The position numbers were made by a program, and so were the translations under genes. DNA of 64,000 bases, from positions 65,380 through 129,379 of the forward strand of contig CAVVNJ010000009.1 in the NCBI GenBank assembly GCA_963749595.1, read 5' to 3'. The stretch's first letter is position 1. Each line of letters opens with the position of its first letter. The notes below the pieces were generated by a model, which was not told the DNA's origin, did not search any database, and saw nothing but the letters and a program-made list of their open reading frames with translations. This DNA is from Candidatus Woesebacteria bacterium. Its GTDB lineage: Bacteria; Patescibacteriota; Microgenomatia; UBA1400; UBA1396. Shown here piece after piece: positions 63,696-64,000 of this stretch.

Positions 63696-64000
63696 TGCCT
63701 CGTTTGCTCTACGCCACTAACAATTCCGGCAAATATGGCGAGGTCAGCCGTATCGCCCATCAATACGGAATTGAGTTATTGCGGCCGCTGGACTTTACCC
63801 TGGATTTTGAACCGGAAGAATCTGGCGCCACCCTGGAAGAAAACGCCATTATCAAAGCTAACGCTTTCCGTCAGTTTTTACCCGATGATGTTTTCGTTGT
63901 GGCCGATGATACTGGAGTGGAAATCGACGCCCTCAACGGTGAGCCGGGGATTTATGTCCGCCGCTGGAAAGATCGGGCGCATAAGATGACCGACGAAGAA
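63695..64000 (+). CDS. rdgB: non-canonical purine NTP pyrophosphatase RdgB/HAM1 (3' end lies outside the window)
   Basis: The ATG overlaps the pyk stop (TAATG). The frame is open to the window end and reads MPRLLYATNNSGKYGEV...VVADDTGVEIDALNGEPGIYVRRW. This ORF is absent from the ORF track because it has no stop in the window. Confidence 0.8.
   Translation, partial: MPRLLYATNNSGKYGEVSRIAHQYGIELLRPLDFTLDFEPEESGATLEENAIIKANAFRQFLPDDVFVVADDTGVEIDALNGEPGIYVRRWKDRAHKMTDEE

Noticed and set aside
63735-63989. 84-aa ORF in the ORF track at the window end
   Set aside because: It is out of frame with the clear RdgB/HAM1 reading frame that starts at 63695 and stays open to nt 64000.
1-64000. CRISPR arrays, rRNA genes, IS elements, transposases, integrases and prophage blocks
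   Set aside because: I scanned both strands and all intergenic gaps. I found no spaced direct-repeat arrays, no rRNA-like sequence, and no transposase, integrase or recombinase motifs or terminal inverted repeats.

Overview
This 64-kb window reads as a gene-dense bacterial chromosome segment of roughly 50% GC. It has no rRNA genes, CRISPR arrays, transposases or prophage. Several traits suggest a streamlined, possibly CPR/Patescibacteria-like lineage, though this is inference only. These traits are an IF-2 that starts directly at the G domain, a short HrcA, a DnaJ without a zinc finger, Lys/Ala-rich tails on L17 and S9, a nucleoside-salvage operon, a type IV pilus operon and one giant surface protein. 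Core genes present are rpoA (3' part), rplQ, rplM, rpsI, dnaX, ybaB, recR, cysS, uvrA, hrcA-grpE-dnaK-dnaJ (with a CIRCE operator), nusA-infB, recA, ftsK, pyk, rdgB (5' part) and one initiator-like tRNA-Met. Accessory content has five main parts. (1) An AT-rich island between rpsI and dnaX carries a Gp49/HigB-like toxin, an XRE antitoxin and an unassignable third gene. (2) A translationally coupled type IV pilus operon runs from 6.4 to 14.0 kb and includes a pilin-fused beta-propeller gene riddled with frameshifts. (3) A cluster at 14.9-25.3 kb encodes a receiver-only regulator, a Cache membrane protein, a 2487-aa collagen-like repeat protein and a LytR_C protein. (4) An AT-rich insert carries a PIN gene with a small partner ORF. 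(5) Two GNAT genes, an ABC-2 exporter and glycosyl-transferase/hydrolase genes complete the set. In non-coding sequence I see three leader elements that look paralogous (promoter, stem, G-rich box, terminator). I also see a hairpin/palindrome family upstream of recR and recA, and a recurring layout of a -10 hexamer, 6 nt, then ATG that implies leaderless mRNAs. Many core genes carry 1-nt frameshifts, mostly in short homopolymer runs. These are more likely assembly errors than biology. All calls were made by eye from the sequence and the ORF track.
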